64,000 nucleotides of DNA from an uncultured Gemmatimonadaceae bacterium (GTDB taxonomy: Bacteria; Gemmatimonadota; Gemmatimonadetes; Gemmatimonadales; Gemmatimonadaceae). The translations under genes and the position numbers were made by a program. How positions within the stretch are numbered: position 1 is the first letter of the stretch; each line of letters starts with the position of its first letter. Below the pieces are notes generated by a model, which saw nothing but the letters and a program-made list of their open reading frames with translations, did no database searches and was not told the DNA's origin. The DNA lies in contig CAWHHI010000011.1 of assembly GCA_963829055.1 (NCBI GenBank), positions 192,001 to 256,000 of the forward strand. The letters run 5' to 3'. Shown here in pieces: positions 43,945 to 55,057 of this stretch.

Positions 43945-44254
43945 CGCTCCGAGTGAGCTGCGAGCCGCCTCGTCGGGAAACGTACCAGGCGATCCGCCGA
44001 CACGCCGTCTTTGAAGTGGCGCGTACCGCGCGTGCGCGCGGAAGGCGCGTGCGTCGTCGCTCCCCCAGGGTGTACCGTTAGGCGACAGGACCCTCGGAAG
44101 TGCGGGGGGGCGAGTTGATCAGTCTCGCCGTCGCAGTGCGCGGGTTTCGCTGGAGCAGCGGCACCTGCCGGCAGTCGATGTCATGAAGGCTGGCGGCTGG
44201 GCAGATCGGAAGACCATGGAAGCGTGCTAGCAACACGCTGACGACGCTGGCGTA

Positions 44255-45313
44255 CTAGTGGACTGAGAGGGAATTTCTGATGGCACGCACGCGACGCTTC
44301 GGATTGTCGTAGATCCAGTGGAAGGGCTGCGCCGTCTTGTTATGCAGCGTGATGTACTGGCGCAGTTTCTTCCGCAGGTCGGACACGGAGGTGAAGATGC
44401 CGCGCGCGATGAGGTCCCGTTCGATCTTCGCGAACCAGAGCTCGACTTGATTCAGCCACGAGCTATAGGTCGGCGTGAAATGGAAGTGCACGTGCGGGTG
44501 GGCGGCCTGCCATGCCGTGACAGCCTTCGTCTTGTGCGCCGACAGATTGTCGAGGATGACATGCAATTCCTGCCGACGCCGATAGCCCGCCACTACCCGG
44601 TCCATGAACTGGAGGAAGTCGGCACTCGTGTGGCGCGCCGCCGGCATCCCGGCCACGCGGCCGGTCGCCACCTCGAGCGCCGCGTAGAGCGAGAGCGTCC
44701 CGTGCCGGTAGTACTCGAACCCATGCCGCTCGGCCCGGCCGGGCGAGAGCGGCAGCACCGGATCGAGCCGATCGAGCGCCTGGATCGCGGTCTTCTCGTC
44801 GATACAGAGCACGATCGCGTGCGCGGGTGGGTCGAGATACAACCCGATGATGTCCGCCGCCTTGGTCTCGAACTCGGGGTCCGTCGTCGCGACGTACCGC
44901 TCGAGGCGCTGCGGCTTCAGCCCCGCGCGGCGCCAGACCTGCTAGACGGTCCAGTTACTGACGCCGACGAGCGCCGCGAGGCGCCGGGAGGTCCAGTGGG
45001 TCAGTGGGGCCGGCGGCCGCTCCTCCCGCGTTATGCGCAGGATGCGCGCTTCGACGGCGGGCCGCAGTCGGTTCTGCCGTCCGGGGCGCGGCTCGTCCGC
45101 GAGCGCGAGCACGCCGCCCGCGGCGAAGCGGCCCTTCCAGCGCGCCACGAAGCGATCGGTCACGCCGAGCGCGGTGCAGACCGCACTGTAGCTCGCGCCG
45201 TCGGCGAGCAAGAGCACACACCGAGCGCGACGGGCGATGCCGGCGGGCGTCGTCGTGGCGCGTACGAGCCGCTCGAGATCCTCGCGATCCGCTGCAGTGA
45301 GCGTGAGCTCCAT
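44255..45313 (-). pseudogene. IS630 transposase with in-frame TAG at 44942-44944
   Basis: HTH N-terminus; IDEK, LDNLSAH, SWLNQVE (DDE); both ORF halves in the same frame. Confidence 0.9.
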
Positions 45314-45378
45314 AGGCGTCGCAACATGCCGACGCCCACTGCAAGACGGATGCTATCTGCACTTTGCTCTCAATCCAC
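44258..45378 (-). mobile_element. IS630-family insertion sequence
   Basis: Terminal IRs GTGGACTGAGAG / CTCTCAATCCAC, flanked by TA (in CTAG) on both sides. Confidence 0.93.
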
Positions 45379-45979
45379 TAGTCGCGTGGTGGTCGCACGC
45401 TTCTCAGGCGCTGGCCGGGGGCGCGGAAGTCCGGCAGGCTGACGGATTTTCCGAGACAGCCGTCGTCACGCGCCGCTGTTATCACCGCTCGAGGTGCCTG
45501 GGCCGCCGCCAAGGGCGCGGAACACATCCGAACCGGTAGAAGAACTACAACCAACACCGACTGCCTAACGCTTGGCTTCCTTCTGGCGACATCGATCAGT
45601 CGCAGGGCCCGCACGCGGCGAGCGGCACGGACCTTCGCCGTACGCCATCGCGACGCGTCATCACGCTCGACGACTCGGGCAACCTGCTCTGGCGACAGTT
45701 GCGGAAGCTCGAGCGCATGACGGCGTTAGGTTTGTCAGTCGTAGCCGATAGGTTCGAGTGCATCAACGCGTCGGGGACGCACCCAAGGCGTTCTCGGCCA
45801 CGCAGATTGGGCGCACATCCTCACGAAAAAAATGCGATCGACCTCGTGCGGATAAAGTGCGACACGTCGCTCTCCAACGTACCGATCATCACGCCGTGAC
45901 GGCCGCACGGCGAGTCAGTCCTTCCTCGGCGAGGCATAGCGATCGATCCGCAACGCCGACTCACCAAAGGAGTTCCTAC

Positions 45980-48649
45980 ATGATATCCCTTCCCGGTTTC
46001 AAAAAACCACAGGCTCCCAACGGCCATGGGCAGCAGTCGAATGGTTCTGCGAAACCGGGTTCGGAGGGGAACGGGGCTCCGCGGTATGCTACTGCGGCGC
46101 TAGAAGCGATGGTCGAGCGCGCCGAGCGCGCCGCCAAGGCGCTCGAGTCGTTCGAAGCCTTGGTCGACCGGGGCGAGCAGGTCGCGGCCATGGAACGGCG
46201 GATAGGAGAGCTCGAGGGCAAGCTCAGCGAAGCGGAGGCGGATTCGAACGAGCTCGCGGCCATCCGGGCTCGCTTCGCGGAGCAGTCGGCAGCACAGGAA
46301 CGAGCGGCCGCGGAGATCGCCGCCACGAAAGCGGAAGCCGGTCGAATTACCGAGTCCTTGGGTGACCTGGCGGGGAAGATCGACGGCATCCTCCACCTCA
46401 GGAGCCAGATCGACGGCCTCGCGGAGCTGAACGCGAAGTTCACCTCCATGTACGACGAGGCAAGCGGCGTTAGGGCCCAGGTTCGGGACGTGACCGAGAA
46501 CATCGCGCGTCTGCGCACCGTGCACGACGACGTGGCGCGCGCGCACAAACACGCCACCATTCGACTGGACGGGCTCGACCAGCGGCATCAGACAGCGACG
46601 AGCAAGATGGACGTGGTCGAGCGGCGGGCGGAGGCGGCCAACGAAGCTCTCGAGTCGCTCCTGCGCCTGGCGAGCGGAATCCCGAACGTCCAGCACCAAC
46701 TCGGTGTGCTGAAGGCCACAGCCGATCAGGTGTTCCAGAAAACGGCCGCGGTCGAAGCACAGCGCGAGATGCTGGACCGCGCACTCGCACAGGCATCGCA
46801 AGTCGGCACCCTGAACACGCAGCTTGCGACAGCGTTCCGCGGGATGGAGGATCAGACGCGCACGCTTTCCGCGGTCGAAGGCAAGCTGGCGGAGGTGCAG
46901 ACGCTGCACGCCACGGTGCTAGCGCGCAGCACCGAGATTGCCACACAGCAGCAGAAGCTCGACGAGGCGGAGCGCGATGCCAATCGCGAGCTCGCGAATC
47001 TGCGGGAGGAGATCCGCGCCAGCACCCAGCGCTTCGAGCTGGAAAACCGGAGCCTCGACGCCACTGGCGAGCGGATCGCGGAGCTGCGCGGCCTCGTGAA
47101 CGAGTGTGAGACCCGGGTCGCGACGGTCGACGCAACCGTTCAGGTGGTGGCCGAGACCGAAACCCGCTCCCAGGCGTTGGCCTTGCAGGTGACCCATCTC
47201 ACCGACGACATCAGCCGCATTTCCGCACAGGCCGAGCGACTGCGCGTGGTGCGCGACGACGTCGGAGCGCTCGACGACAGACTCCGCGAGCTCGCCGAGC
47301 GGACGGAGCGTGTCGAGAACATGCGCCCGGCGGTCGGCGAGGTCGCGCGCGAGCTGGCCACGCTGAACGGCGCGCAGGAGACCGTCCGCGACGGTCTGGA
47401 GCAGGTTCGGATGGCCGCAGTGGAAATGGCGCGGCTGCGCGAGACCCACTCGGAGACGAGTGCCTGGCTCAGCGACGCCGACGAGCGAATGCGAACGCTG
47501 CGCGGCCGTGTGGACGAGCTGGAGCGCGCCCGTCCGTCCGTCGACGCGCTGCACCGCGACGTGGAGCGCGTGAACGCATCGATCGCCACGATCGACACCC
47601 GCGCTTCGTCGCTGGACGACGTGCAAAACCGACTTGCCGGCATGGAGACGACGGTGGCAGGGCTCGATGAGCGCAGCACGAGCATCCGCTCGAGGATGGA
47701 CGCCGCGGAAGTGCGGTTCGTGGACCTCGCGCGGCAAGCCGGAGAGGCGGAGCGTGTGGCCATGACGATCGCAGGGGTGACCACCGCGGTCGACGGCGCC
47801 GAGCGCCGGATGGAGGGGCTCGGAACGTCGGTGGATTCCCTCGAGGAGCGCGCACACCGACTGGACGCATTCGGGGACCGGATGCGCGTGCTGGGGGACG
47901 AGATCGAGCAGCGTCAGGGCGCGCTCGAGAAGGCAGCGGAGCACCTCGCGAGGGCGTCGGACGAGCGCCGGGAAGCGGCCGACACGGCGCGCCAGCTGGA
48001 GGAGCTCACCACATACCTGGGGAGGCAGCTCGGTGAGGCGGAGTCACGATCGGATCGCCTCGCCGAGATCGCACACGAGCTCGAGCAGCGCGCCGCGGTC
48101 CTGAGCGACGTCGATCGGCGCATGACCCACCTGGAGGAACTACTCCGCCGGTGTGAGACGGCGCAGGCCACTGCCTCGCAGGCGCTGGAGCAGATCGTGG
48201 GGCGCCAGGCCACGGTGGACGCCGTGGAAGCGCAGGTCAAACGTGTATTCAGTATTGCCGAGCACACGGCGAAGGACGTGCGCGACATCGAATCGGCGCG
48301 CCGCGACGTCGAGAGCGCCCGCGTGCTGCTCGACGATTTGCAGGAGCGCCTGAAGAGCACCACCGATGCTATGAGCGACTTCGCGGAGCGAAAGCGACAG
48401 GTCGATCAGCTGGAGCAGCGGCTCGTCCGCGCCGAAGCGCTTACCCGGGACGTGCGGTCCACTGTAGAGCTGATCTCCGCGCAACGTTCGGTCATCGATC
48501 AGGTGTTGGAACGCTCGGGGTCACTGTCGGTGCAGGCGAGGCACGCCGAGGGGCTGATCGAGTCGTTGCGCGCGCAGTGCGTGATGGCGACAACGCTGCA
48601 CGATACCATTCGCGAGCAGCGACAGCAGGGCGAGCACGACGGGGAGTAA
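45980..48649 (+). CDS. ~889-aa long coiled-coil protein of unknown function
   Basis: AGGAG RBS and ATG 45980; short G/P/N-rich head, then continuous E/R/A/L-rich helix; no Walker motifs or TM segment seen. Confidence 0.85.
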   Translation: MISLPGFKKPQAPNGHGQQSNGSAKPGSEGNGAPRYATAALEAMVERAERAAKALESFEALVDRGEQVAAMERRIGELEGKLSEAEADSNELAAIRARFAEQSAAQERAAAEIAATKAEAGRITESLGDLAGKIDGILHLRSQIDGLAELNAKFTSMYDEASGVRAQVRDVTENIARLRTVHDDVARAHKHATIRLDGLDQRHQTATSKMDVVERRAEAANEALESLLRLASGIPNVQHQLGVLKATADQVFQKTAAVEAQREMLDRALAQASQVGTLNTQLATAFRGMEDQTRTLSAVEGKLAEVQTLHATVLARSTEIATQQQKLDEAERDANRELANLREEIRASTQRFELENRSLDATGERIAELRGLVNECETRVATVDATVQVVAETETRSQALALQVTHLTDDISRISAQAERLRVVRDDVGALDDRLRELAERTERVENMRPAVGEVARELATLNGAQETVRDGLEQVRMAAVEMARLRETHSETSAWLSDADERMRTLRGRVDELERARPSVDALHRDVERVNASIATIDTRASSLDDVQNRLAGMETTVAGLDERSTSIRSRMDAAEVRFVDLARQAGEAERVAMTIAGVTTAVDGAERRMEGLGTSVDSLEERAHRLDAFGDRMRVLGDEIEQRQGALEKAAEHLARASDERREAADTARQLEELTTYLGRQLGEAESRSDRLAEIAHELEQRAAVLSDVDRRMTHLEELLRRCETAQATASQALEQIVGRQATVDAVEAQVKRVFSIAEHTAKDVRDIESARRDVESARVLLDDLQERLKSTTDAMSDFAERKRQVDQLEQRLVRAEALTRDVRSTVELISAQRSVIDQVLERSGSLSVQARHAEGLIESLRAQCVMATTLHDTIREQRQQGEHDGE

Positions 48650-48684
48650 CTGGCCCGACGCGGGGAACGTGACTTGGAAAGAAA

Positions 48685-48712
48685 AGTCCCGCACGCGTAA
48701 ATGCATGCGGGA
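48685..48712. terminator. Hairpin between coiled-coil gene and tRNA
   Basis: GTCCCGCA...TGCGGGAC, followed by a T-run on the minus strand. Confidence 0.65.
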
Positions 48713-48719
48713 CAAGGAA

Positions 48720-48792
48720 CTGGGGCGGGTGGATTCGAACCACCGACCTCCTGATTAACAGTCAGGCGCTCTGCCAACTAAGCTACACCCCA
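48720..48792 (-). tRNA. tRNA-Asn (GTT)
   Basis: TGGGGTG/CGCCCCA acceptor stem, anticodon loop CTGTTAA, GGTTCGAATCC T-arm; CCA not encoded. Confidence 0.97.
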
Positions 48793-48884
48793 TCACCCGT
48801 CGCTGCGGGTTGCGCAATCTGACGAGGCTGTAGGCTCCGCGCAACGGTCTGCACCCGTTGAGCTCGCTCCTCTTTTCCGTTGGC

Positions 48885-49196
48885 CTACGGGCGCCGCTTT
48901 GTCGTGTCACGCGTCGCCGCACCCGTCCCAACCGGGCGCCCGCGCGTCGACAACGTGTCACCCGTGACGCCCGGCTTCCCGGTCCGCGGCGGACCGCCCG
49001 CCGTACTATCGGGCATGTCCTTCGTCAGCGACGTATCCAGTTTCATCGCCGGCGCCACGGCGCCGGAATCCGGCGAGTTCGAGTACTCCTCTTTCCCGCC
49101 CTTCGCGTTACACGCCGACACGGCCATCGCAGCGGTCACCACTGCAGCCAACACCCATCGCGATCGCAATCGCGCCTTCTCACGCTCCGTCCGCAT
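48885..49196 (-). CDS. Small low-complexity lipoprotein
   Basis: AGGAGG RBS; lipobox VSAC. Confidence 0.7.
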   Translation of the reverse strand: MRTEREKARLRSRWVLAAVVTAAMAVSACNAKGGKEEYSNSPDSGAVAPAMKLDTSLTKDMPDSTAGGPPRTGKPGVTGDTLSTRGRPVGTGAATRDTTKRRP

Positions 49197-49999
49197 GCGA
49201 CTCCTCCTGACCTCGTGACTTCCCTTCCCCACTCGGGTCTCCCGCACGTCCTCGTCCCTCCGCTGTCGTCGCGCGTGACGCGCGAACCCCTCGGCCAATC
49301 GCCGACTCGTCGTACCGCGCCAGCAACTCGGCCGGATCGTCGTAGATCTCCGCGGCGTCCTTGAGCGCATCGTCACCCCAGCCGCCGCCGCGCAGCGCGA
49401 CGATCCTCACGCGCGCGCGACCCGCCGCCTCCACGTCGTACGGCGTGTCGCCCAGCATCACGCATCGCTCGTTACCCACGCCCGCCTTGTCGATCGCGAC
49501 GCGCACGATGTCAGGGTCGGGTTTCGAGCTCTCCGCGTCGCTCGAGCTCGTCGCTTCATCGAGCAGCCACTCCGCGCCTAACGCTTCGAGCAGGCCTTTC
49601 AACTCATCCTCGCTCGCCGACGTCGCCACCACCAGGCGGAGACCATCCGCGCGCATGCGCGCGAGGAGATCGTTCGCGTGAGGGAATGGCCGCACCGATG
49701 GCAGATACTCCTTGGAGAAGATCTCCTTCCGCCGCTCCACCAACTGCTTGCCCTGTCTCGCTGTCCGCCTCAATGCCCGTGAGTTGCGGTAGCAGCTTGT
49801 CCGCACCCATGCCGACGAGCGGGCGCACGGTCTCCGACCCTATCTGAAGGCCCGCTTCCTCGAGCGTGTCGGACCACGCCTGCGCGTGCGCATCATTGCT
49901 GTCGAGCAGCGTGCCGTCGATGTCGAGCAGCACGGCTTCGACCGCGCCTGACGCGGCGCGGTCGGCGGCGTTAGGCGTGTCCGCGGGGCGGCCGGTCAA
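49180..49999 (-). CDS. HAD-superfamily hydrolase, frameshifted (3' end uncertain)
   Basis: [24 protein letters not shown]. Confidence 0.9.
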
Positions 50000-50556
50000 T
50001 GCTCTCTCCGCTTCGCGCGACGCTCGAGGACGACCTCGCCGGCGACGATCATGTAGCGGATGATCCGCTCCTTCACTTCCGGGAAGTGCGCGATACGATC
50101 CTTGAACCGATCATTCGACAGCACGGAGGCATCGAGCTCGCGCGCGAACGTCAGGATGAAGTAGTCGGCATCGGTGCCCGCGGGCGCCTGCTTGATCTCG
50201 CCCATCCTTCACGAGCGCCTCGTACGCGCCAGGGTCGTCGATCTGATGGCGCAGCGCCGCGTCCGCGACGAGAATCGGCGTTAGGCCCTGCTCGGTGAGT
50301 CGGTCTCGCACGAGACGGACGTTCGCCAGGCAGGCCGAGCTCTTCTCGGTGGAATGCGCCACATTCGACGCGTCGACGATCACGCGCTCCGAATGCGGAC
50401 GCGGTTCCGAACTCGGCTGGTGGTCTCCGCTCGGGACATCCCTTCGCCGACCGCGACGTGGCCCTGCCTGTGGCCGAGCCGGCCGCGGGGAACGCGGCGG
50501 GCGACCAGGCTGCGCATGACGCGACTCGCCTCGTCGGTGACCGTGGCCCGTCCCAT
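49996..50556 (-). CDS. Zc3h12a-like NYN/PIN ribonuclease domain protein (start uncertain; frameshift near 50205)
   Basis: [31 protein letters not shown] acidic PIN motifs. Confidence 0.8.
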
Positions 50557-50815
50557 CCTGCCGCTCACTGAATGCGTACGAGTTACCTCGATCCCTTCGC
50601 CGCACGATCGTCGCTCCGCCGTGAGGTATGACCCGAGGGGCGGGCAGCCGAAGCCCGACCGTTTCGCTCGTCCTCTGCAATTCACGCTTCGTGCCGTCAT
50701 GCGCGCGACGCGGGCTGCCTCACGCTCATCGAACGCGAGCGTGAGGGACCGTCGTGCCTGGCCCCTCACGCTTGCCAACTCACCTACTGTGCCGCGACTG
50801 TCGCTTCGCGACGTA

Positions 50816-51667
50816 TCAGTTGGGCTTGCGGCCAGTGTCGGACGCAGTGCGTGACTTCGACGTGCTGTCGCCGGTACCGGTCGAGCCACTCGTCAGCGAC
50901 TGCTGGAGCTTCTGCGCGCGCTCCAGATGGTCCTGCACGTGCTTCGTGGCATCGGCCAGATGCTGGCTCACGGCAGAGTTCTGCCCCTGCGATGCCGCAC
51001 CCTGCAGCAGCGTCAGCACCTGCTGGTGCCCCATCACCTGGGCATTCACGAACGCGCTGTCGAACGCCGCACCCTGCATGCCGCTGAGCCGCTCCGACGT
51101 CTGCTGATGCATCGTCTGCAACTGCATCGCGACGTTGCTCATCGAACCACCCGAGGTACCCTGCGAACCGGGGTTGACACCGGTCTTACTGGCTGAGTCA
51201 CTCGTGCCAGCCTTGCTCGTGCCCGACGCGCCAGACATGCCTCCAGTCGCGTTCATCAGTTGCACGTTGGCTGTCTTCGCGAGCTGACGATCCTTCTGCA
51301 ACGAAGCGGTGTGCTCTGTCACGAGTGTACGCGCGAGTGCTTTCACTTGTGCGTTCCGTGCCATCCGCTGCGCCATCTGCCCGTCCGCGATCTCCCCCTG
51401 ATCCACCGTGGCGAGTACCTGGATAATCTCCGGATCGCCGCCCGTGATCGACATCGAGCTGGTCCCGCCAGCCGAGCCCGGGGTCGTCGCCGCTGCGCCC
51501 GCCGTCGCGCCGGCCGTCGTGTCACGCGCGACGTCGCCGCTCGCGGTCGCCGTTGTGGCGCTGTCGGCATTGTTCGCGTCGCCGCCGTTTCGACCGCACG
51601 CACCCGTCGCTACGAGCGACGCACACATGGCCACCGCTGAGAATGTCTGCCATCGATTTCCCACCAT
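50816..51667 (-). CDS. DUF4142 lipoprotein
   Basis: Lipobox TGAC; GEI..GQMA, GAAFDSAFVNAQVMGH, HLERA. Confidence 0.85.
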   Translation of the reverse strand: MVGNRWQTFSAVAMCASLVATGACGRNGGDANNADSATTATASGDVARDTTAGATAGAAATTPGSAGGTSSMSITGGDPEIIQVLATVDQGEIADGQMAQRMARNAQVKALARTLVTEHTASLQKDRQLAKTANVQLMNATGGMSGASGTSKAGTSDSASKTGVNPGSQGTSGGSMSNVAMQLQTMHQQTSERLSGMQGAAFDSAFVNAQVMGHQQVLTLLQGAASQGQNSAVSQHLADATKHVQDHLERAQKLQQSLTSGSTGTGDSTSKSRTASDTGRKPN

Positions 51668-51794
51668 ACTGCCTCCCGCTCCAGAAGTCGCTTGCACATT
51701 GCTGATCCTGCTGCACTCTGCTCGACACCTGCGCGAGCACCAGTGAGGCCGCGCGTCGCGCAAGGACCGTGCTGCCAGAAGACAGAAAAATCGA

Positions 51795-51820
51795 AGGGCC
51801 GGTCTCGAAAGACCGGCCCT
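51795..51820 (-). terminator. Intrinsic terminator
   Basis: AGGGCCGGTCT-cgaa-AGACCGGCCCT with a T-tract nearby on the minus strand. Confidence 0.7.
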
Positions 51821-51872
51821 AACGATGACTGCCATCCCACGCGTTTTTACATGGGACTCAACGTTCCTGCGT

Positions 51873-52478
51873 TTAGTCGAGCTTGTCCTTGATGGCCTTG
51901 GCCTGGTCCAGGTGCGCCTGCACCTTCGGCTTCGCCTCGGCGATCGCGGTCTTCATGTCGGCGTTCGTCGTCTTGCTGTCGAGATCATTCAGGAGGTCGA
52001 GCGTTTCCTGGTGCATATCGACCTGCTCTTCCATGAACTCCTTGTCGAAATCCTTCCCGGTCTTCGCGTTCAGATCGGTAATGTCCTTCTGGTTCTCCTT
52101 CTGAAGGTCGCTGACCTTGTCGTTCGCCGCGGGCGTCACGTTGAGCTTCGTCGCGAGCCCCTTCACGGCGTCGAGCATGGCGCTGTGATCCTTCACCATC
52201 ATCTGCGCGAACTTCTTCACGCTCGCGTTCGTCGCCTTGTCGGCGCCGATCTGGCTGTAGTCGACTTCACCCTGATTCGCGACGGTCAGCACTTCCGCGA
52301 CGTTCGCGTCCGTCCAGCTGCCCGCGACATCAGTAGTCGTCGGCGTCGTTGCCGTTGCCGGAGGCGTGGTCGCGAGCGTGTCTGTCGCCTGCTCATTCTT
52401 CGGCGAGCACGCCGCGAGGAACCCAAAGGCCCCTACCGCCAAGGCGCTCGCAAGCCGCGTGTTGTTGATTTTCTGCAT
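51873..52478 (-). CDS. DUF4142 lipoprotein
   Basis: Lipobox LAAC; VKKFAQMMVKDH, GKDFDKEFM, HLDQA. Confidence 0.9.
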   Translation of the reverse strand: MQKINNTRLASALAVGAFGFLAACSPKNEQATDTLATTPPATATTPTTTDVAGSWTDANVAEVLTVANQGEVDYSQIGADKATNASVKKFAQMMVKDHSAMLDAVKGLATKLNVTPAANDKVSDLQKENQKDITDLNAKTGKDFDKEFMEEQVDMHQETLDLLNDLDSKTTNADMKTAIAEAKPKVQAHLDQAKAIKDKLD

Positions 52479-52689
52479 ATGTGTCTCCTCCTTCGAGTGA
52501 ACCCGCTTACAGACGAGCAGAGGGGGCAAGAGTCGTGCTTGCAGCGGCTCAGCAGTAGCGATTCACACGTCCCGGACGAGCTTACGCATCAGACAGGCTC
52601 GGCCATGTGCATAACGCGCGCGGCGATGCCGACATGCGGCTGCTAGCAGGCACCCGACTGCCGCTCACTCGGAATGACAGCGCGAGCCG

Positions 52690-53806
52690 TTAGGCGCCGC
52701 CGTACTTGTCGCGAAGATGACTCCGCAAGCCACGCGTGAGGCTCTTGATGCGTCCACGCGCCTCGGCGGTCGCCCGCTCGTCCTGCTTGCGAGCCAGATA
52801 CGCCAGCTCGCGCCGAAGCCGGTGCCAGCTCTCGAGTCGATCAACGGGCAAGTGCTCCCCGCGCTACCGCATCAAGGACGGCGCAATCCGGCTCGGCCTC
52901 GTGCTCGCAGTCGCGAAACCGACACGCCTCGGCCAGCGCTTCGATGTCCGCAAAGGCCGCGTCCAGACCGGCGTGAGCGCTCCAGAGTTGCAGTTCGCGC
53001 ATCCCAGGCGTGTCGATCAACAGCGCACCGTTCGCGAGGCGCACGAGCTCGCGATGAGTCGTGGTATGGCGACCACGGCCATCGTCGCCGACCTCCGCCG
53101 TGCGCTGATGCGCGCTGCCTAACAAGCGATTCACGAGCGTGGACTTGCCCACGCCGGATGAGCCGAGCAGCACGGCGGTCCGCCCGGGGAGGAGGTGCGC
53201 GGCGAGCGCGTCGATGCCCTCACCAGTCACGGCCGACACCGCGAGCACCGGAACAGCCGGGGCAGCAAGCGACGCGGCCGCGAGCGCCGAGGCGATGTCG
53301 TGCCCGAGATCGGACTTCGTGAGCACGACGATCGGCATCGCCCCGCTCTCCCACGCCAGAGCCAGGTATCGCTCGAGCCGACGAGAGCTCAGATCGCCCG
53401 AGAGTGCCGCGGCGATGAGCGCGACATCGACGTTCGCCGCGACGACCTGCGCCGACGTCGCCTCGCCGGCCGTCTTCCGAATGAACGCGCCGCGCCGCGG
53501 GACGACGAATCTGCACGACCCTCGTTCCGTCGCCGGACCCATGTGAGACGCCGACCCAGTCGCCAACGGCGGGCAACTGTTCGCGCGCGTCGGCGGTGTG
53601 TCGAGCGCGCCCGGCGAGGACCGCCGAGTGCTCGCCGTCCTCGCCCGCGACGACGTACCGCTCGCGGTGTTCCGCGATCACCCGCGCCGGCACTACCGAT
53701 CCCGCTTCTCGAGATCCCTAATGTATCAACACGCAACCGCGAACGCGGTCGCCCAACTCGACTCCCAGCCTAACGAGGCGAGAGGCGAGACATTTTCGAT
53801 TGTCAC
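52690..53806 (-). CDS. rsgA: Small ribosomal subunit GTPase RsgA, frameshifted
   Basis: PAVGDWV, AANVD, TKSD, GSSGVGKS, GRHTT, DTPG, CRFRDCEHEAEPDC. Confidence 0.93.
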
Positions 53807-54122
53807 TGGAGGAGGCTCCTGGTCGCTCGGTGCATCGCGCAATGCGCGCGAACACACCGGGGCTAGACAAGCCGATCGCCGTCGGCGACCGGCGTGAACG
53901 ATCACGCCCTATCCGCGACTCGGGGGACCTGAGAGGAGCTAGACGACCTGAAGGTGCGGTACTACCCGCGTGCTACTCGGTCGAACGATCCGTCGTCAGG
54001 ACGCGAAGGTCGCGGCCAGACTCACAACGACGGCGGTACGCACAGGCGCCTCTCGGTGCAGGAGATGCGACGCACTCGATGCGCGTCGCGACAACGTACG
54101 AAAGCCAGAGATCGGCCCTGGG

Positions 54123-54777
54123 TCAAGTCGTCTGCGGAATGGACGCCGTGGGCGACCGGAGCGCGCGGAACGCTGTCGCAAGCTCCCAGGCCATCAACAA
54201 CGCCACCGCCGCGACGGCGATCCGGCTCGCCTCGTTGAAGAACATCACGCCGACAATGCCGCCGATGCCCGCACCCCACGCGAGCCATGCGAGCCACCGC
54301 GGCCGCGTTGCGTCCTGCCATTCTGCCCAACCGAGACCCAGCGCCCCGAGGGATACGATGAAGTTGCCGAACCGGGCGGCAATGAGCCCGATGGGGTGCG
54401 TCCCCTCGAACACCGGCGCCATCTCCGTGCGACCGGCCGCGAACTCGGCGGCCATGTGCCACCCGGCACCCGCCATGAAGCCGATGTTGAGCGCGTTCAC
54501 CGCTGTGCCGAGCGAGATGAGTGCGAGGGCGGCGAGAAGCAGCACGTTCACGGCGGGGCGGGAGTCCGTCACGAGCCGTACCCAGATGCCGGCAATGATC
54601 AGCGCCGATCCGGCGAGCATCGATAGATGCATCGTGCGCCAGTACGGCGTGTCGGCGATCATGCGCAGCTGGTCGACCGCCGCCCCACCGAGGACGGGGT
54701 GGATCAGGGCGGGCAGCGGCGAGCATGAGCATTCCAAGCAGCAGCGCGACAGAGAGTGCGCGGATGTAGCCGTTCAC
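54123..54777 (-). CDS. Multi-pass membrane protein (frameshift near 54715)
   Basis: GGGAGG RBS; about six hydrophobic helices. Confidence 0.65.
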
Positions 54778-55057
54778 TAGATTCCTCCCGGATCGTGCAC
54801 CCCGAATCGTATCGAGTTTCTCCGCAACGTGGGATTCGGTATCGATTCGCCACTGCCGTATCACCCCGAGCTGATACTCGAGTCATGACGAGCCGATTCG
54901 GAACACGCCGAGTTGCTGGCATTGCCCTCGTCGCGGTCGCGTTTCCGTTCGCGACCGCGACGACGCAGTCCACGACGCAACCGGCCGCGGCGCACGCCGC
55001 GACCCAACGGTCGGCGGGTGATTCTGAGATTCGTGACGCGCTCGATTTGACTGTCGC

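Larger units (their letters stand above)
29621..48752. mobile_element. Genomic island integrated at tRNA-Asn (~19.1 kb; no integrase seen)
   Basis: Flanking 34-bp direct repeats; cargo of ars genes, an IS, DUF4238 and gene remnants. Confidence 0.78.

Noticed and set aside
44942..44944. Pyrrolysine/recoded TAG or programmed frameshift in the transposase
   Set aside because: TAG is used as a normal stop throughout the window, and both halves are already in one frame.
45758..48649. SMC/SbcC annotation and the 45758 start
   Set aside because: No Walker A/B or hinge seen. The RBS supports ATG 45980.
29621..48752. Prophage or conjugative element
   Set aside because: No structural, replication, relaxase or T4SS genes recognised.
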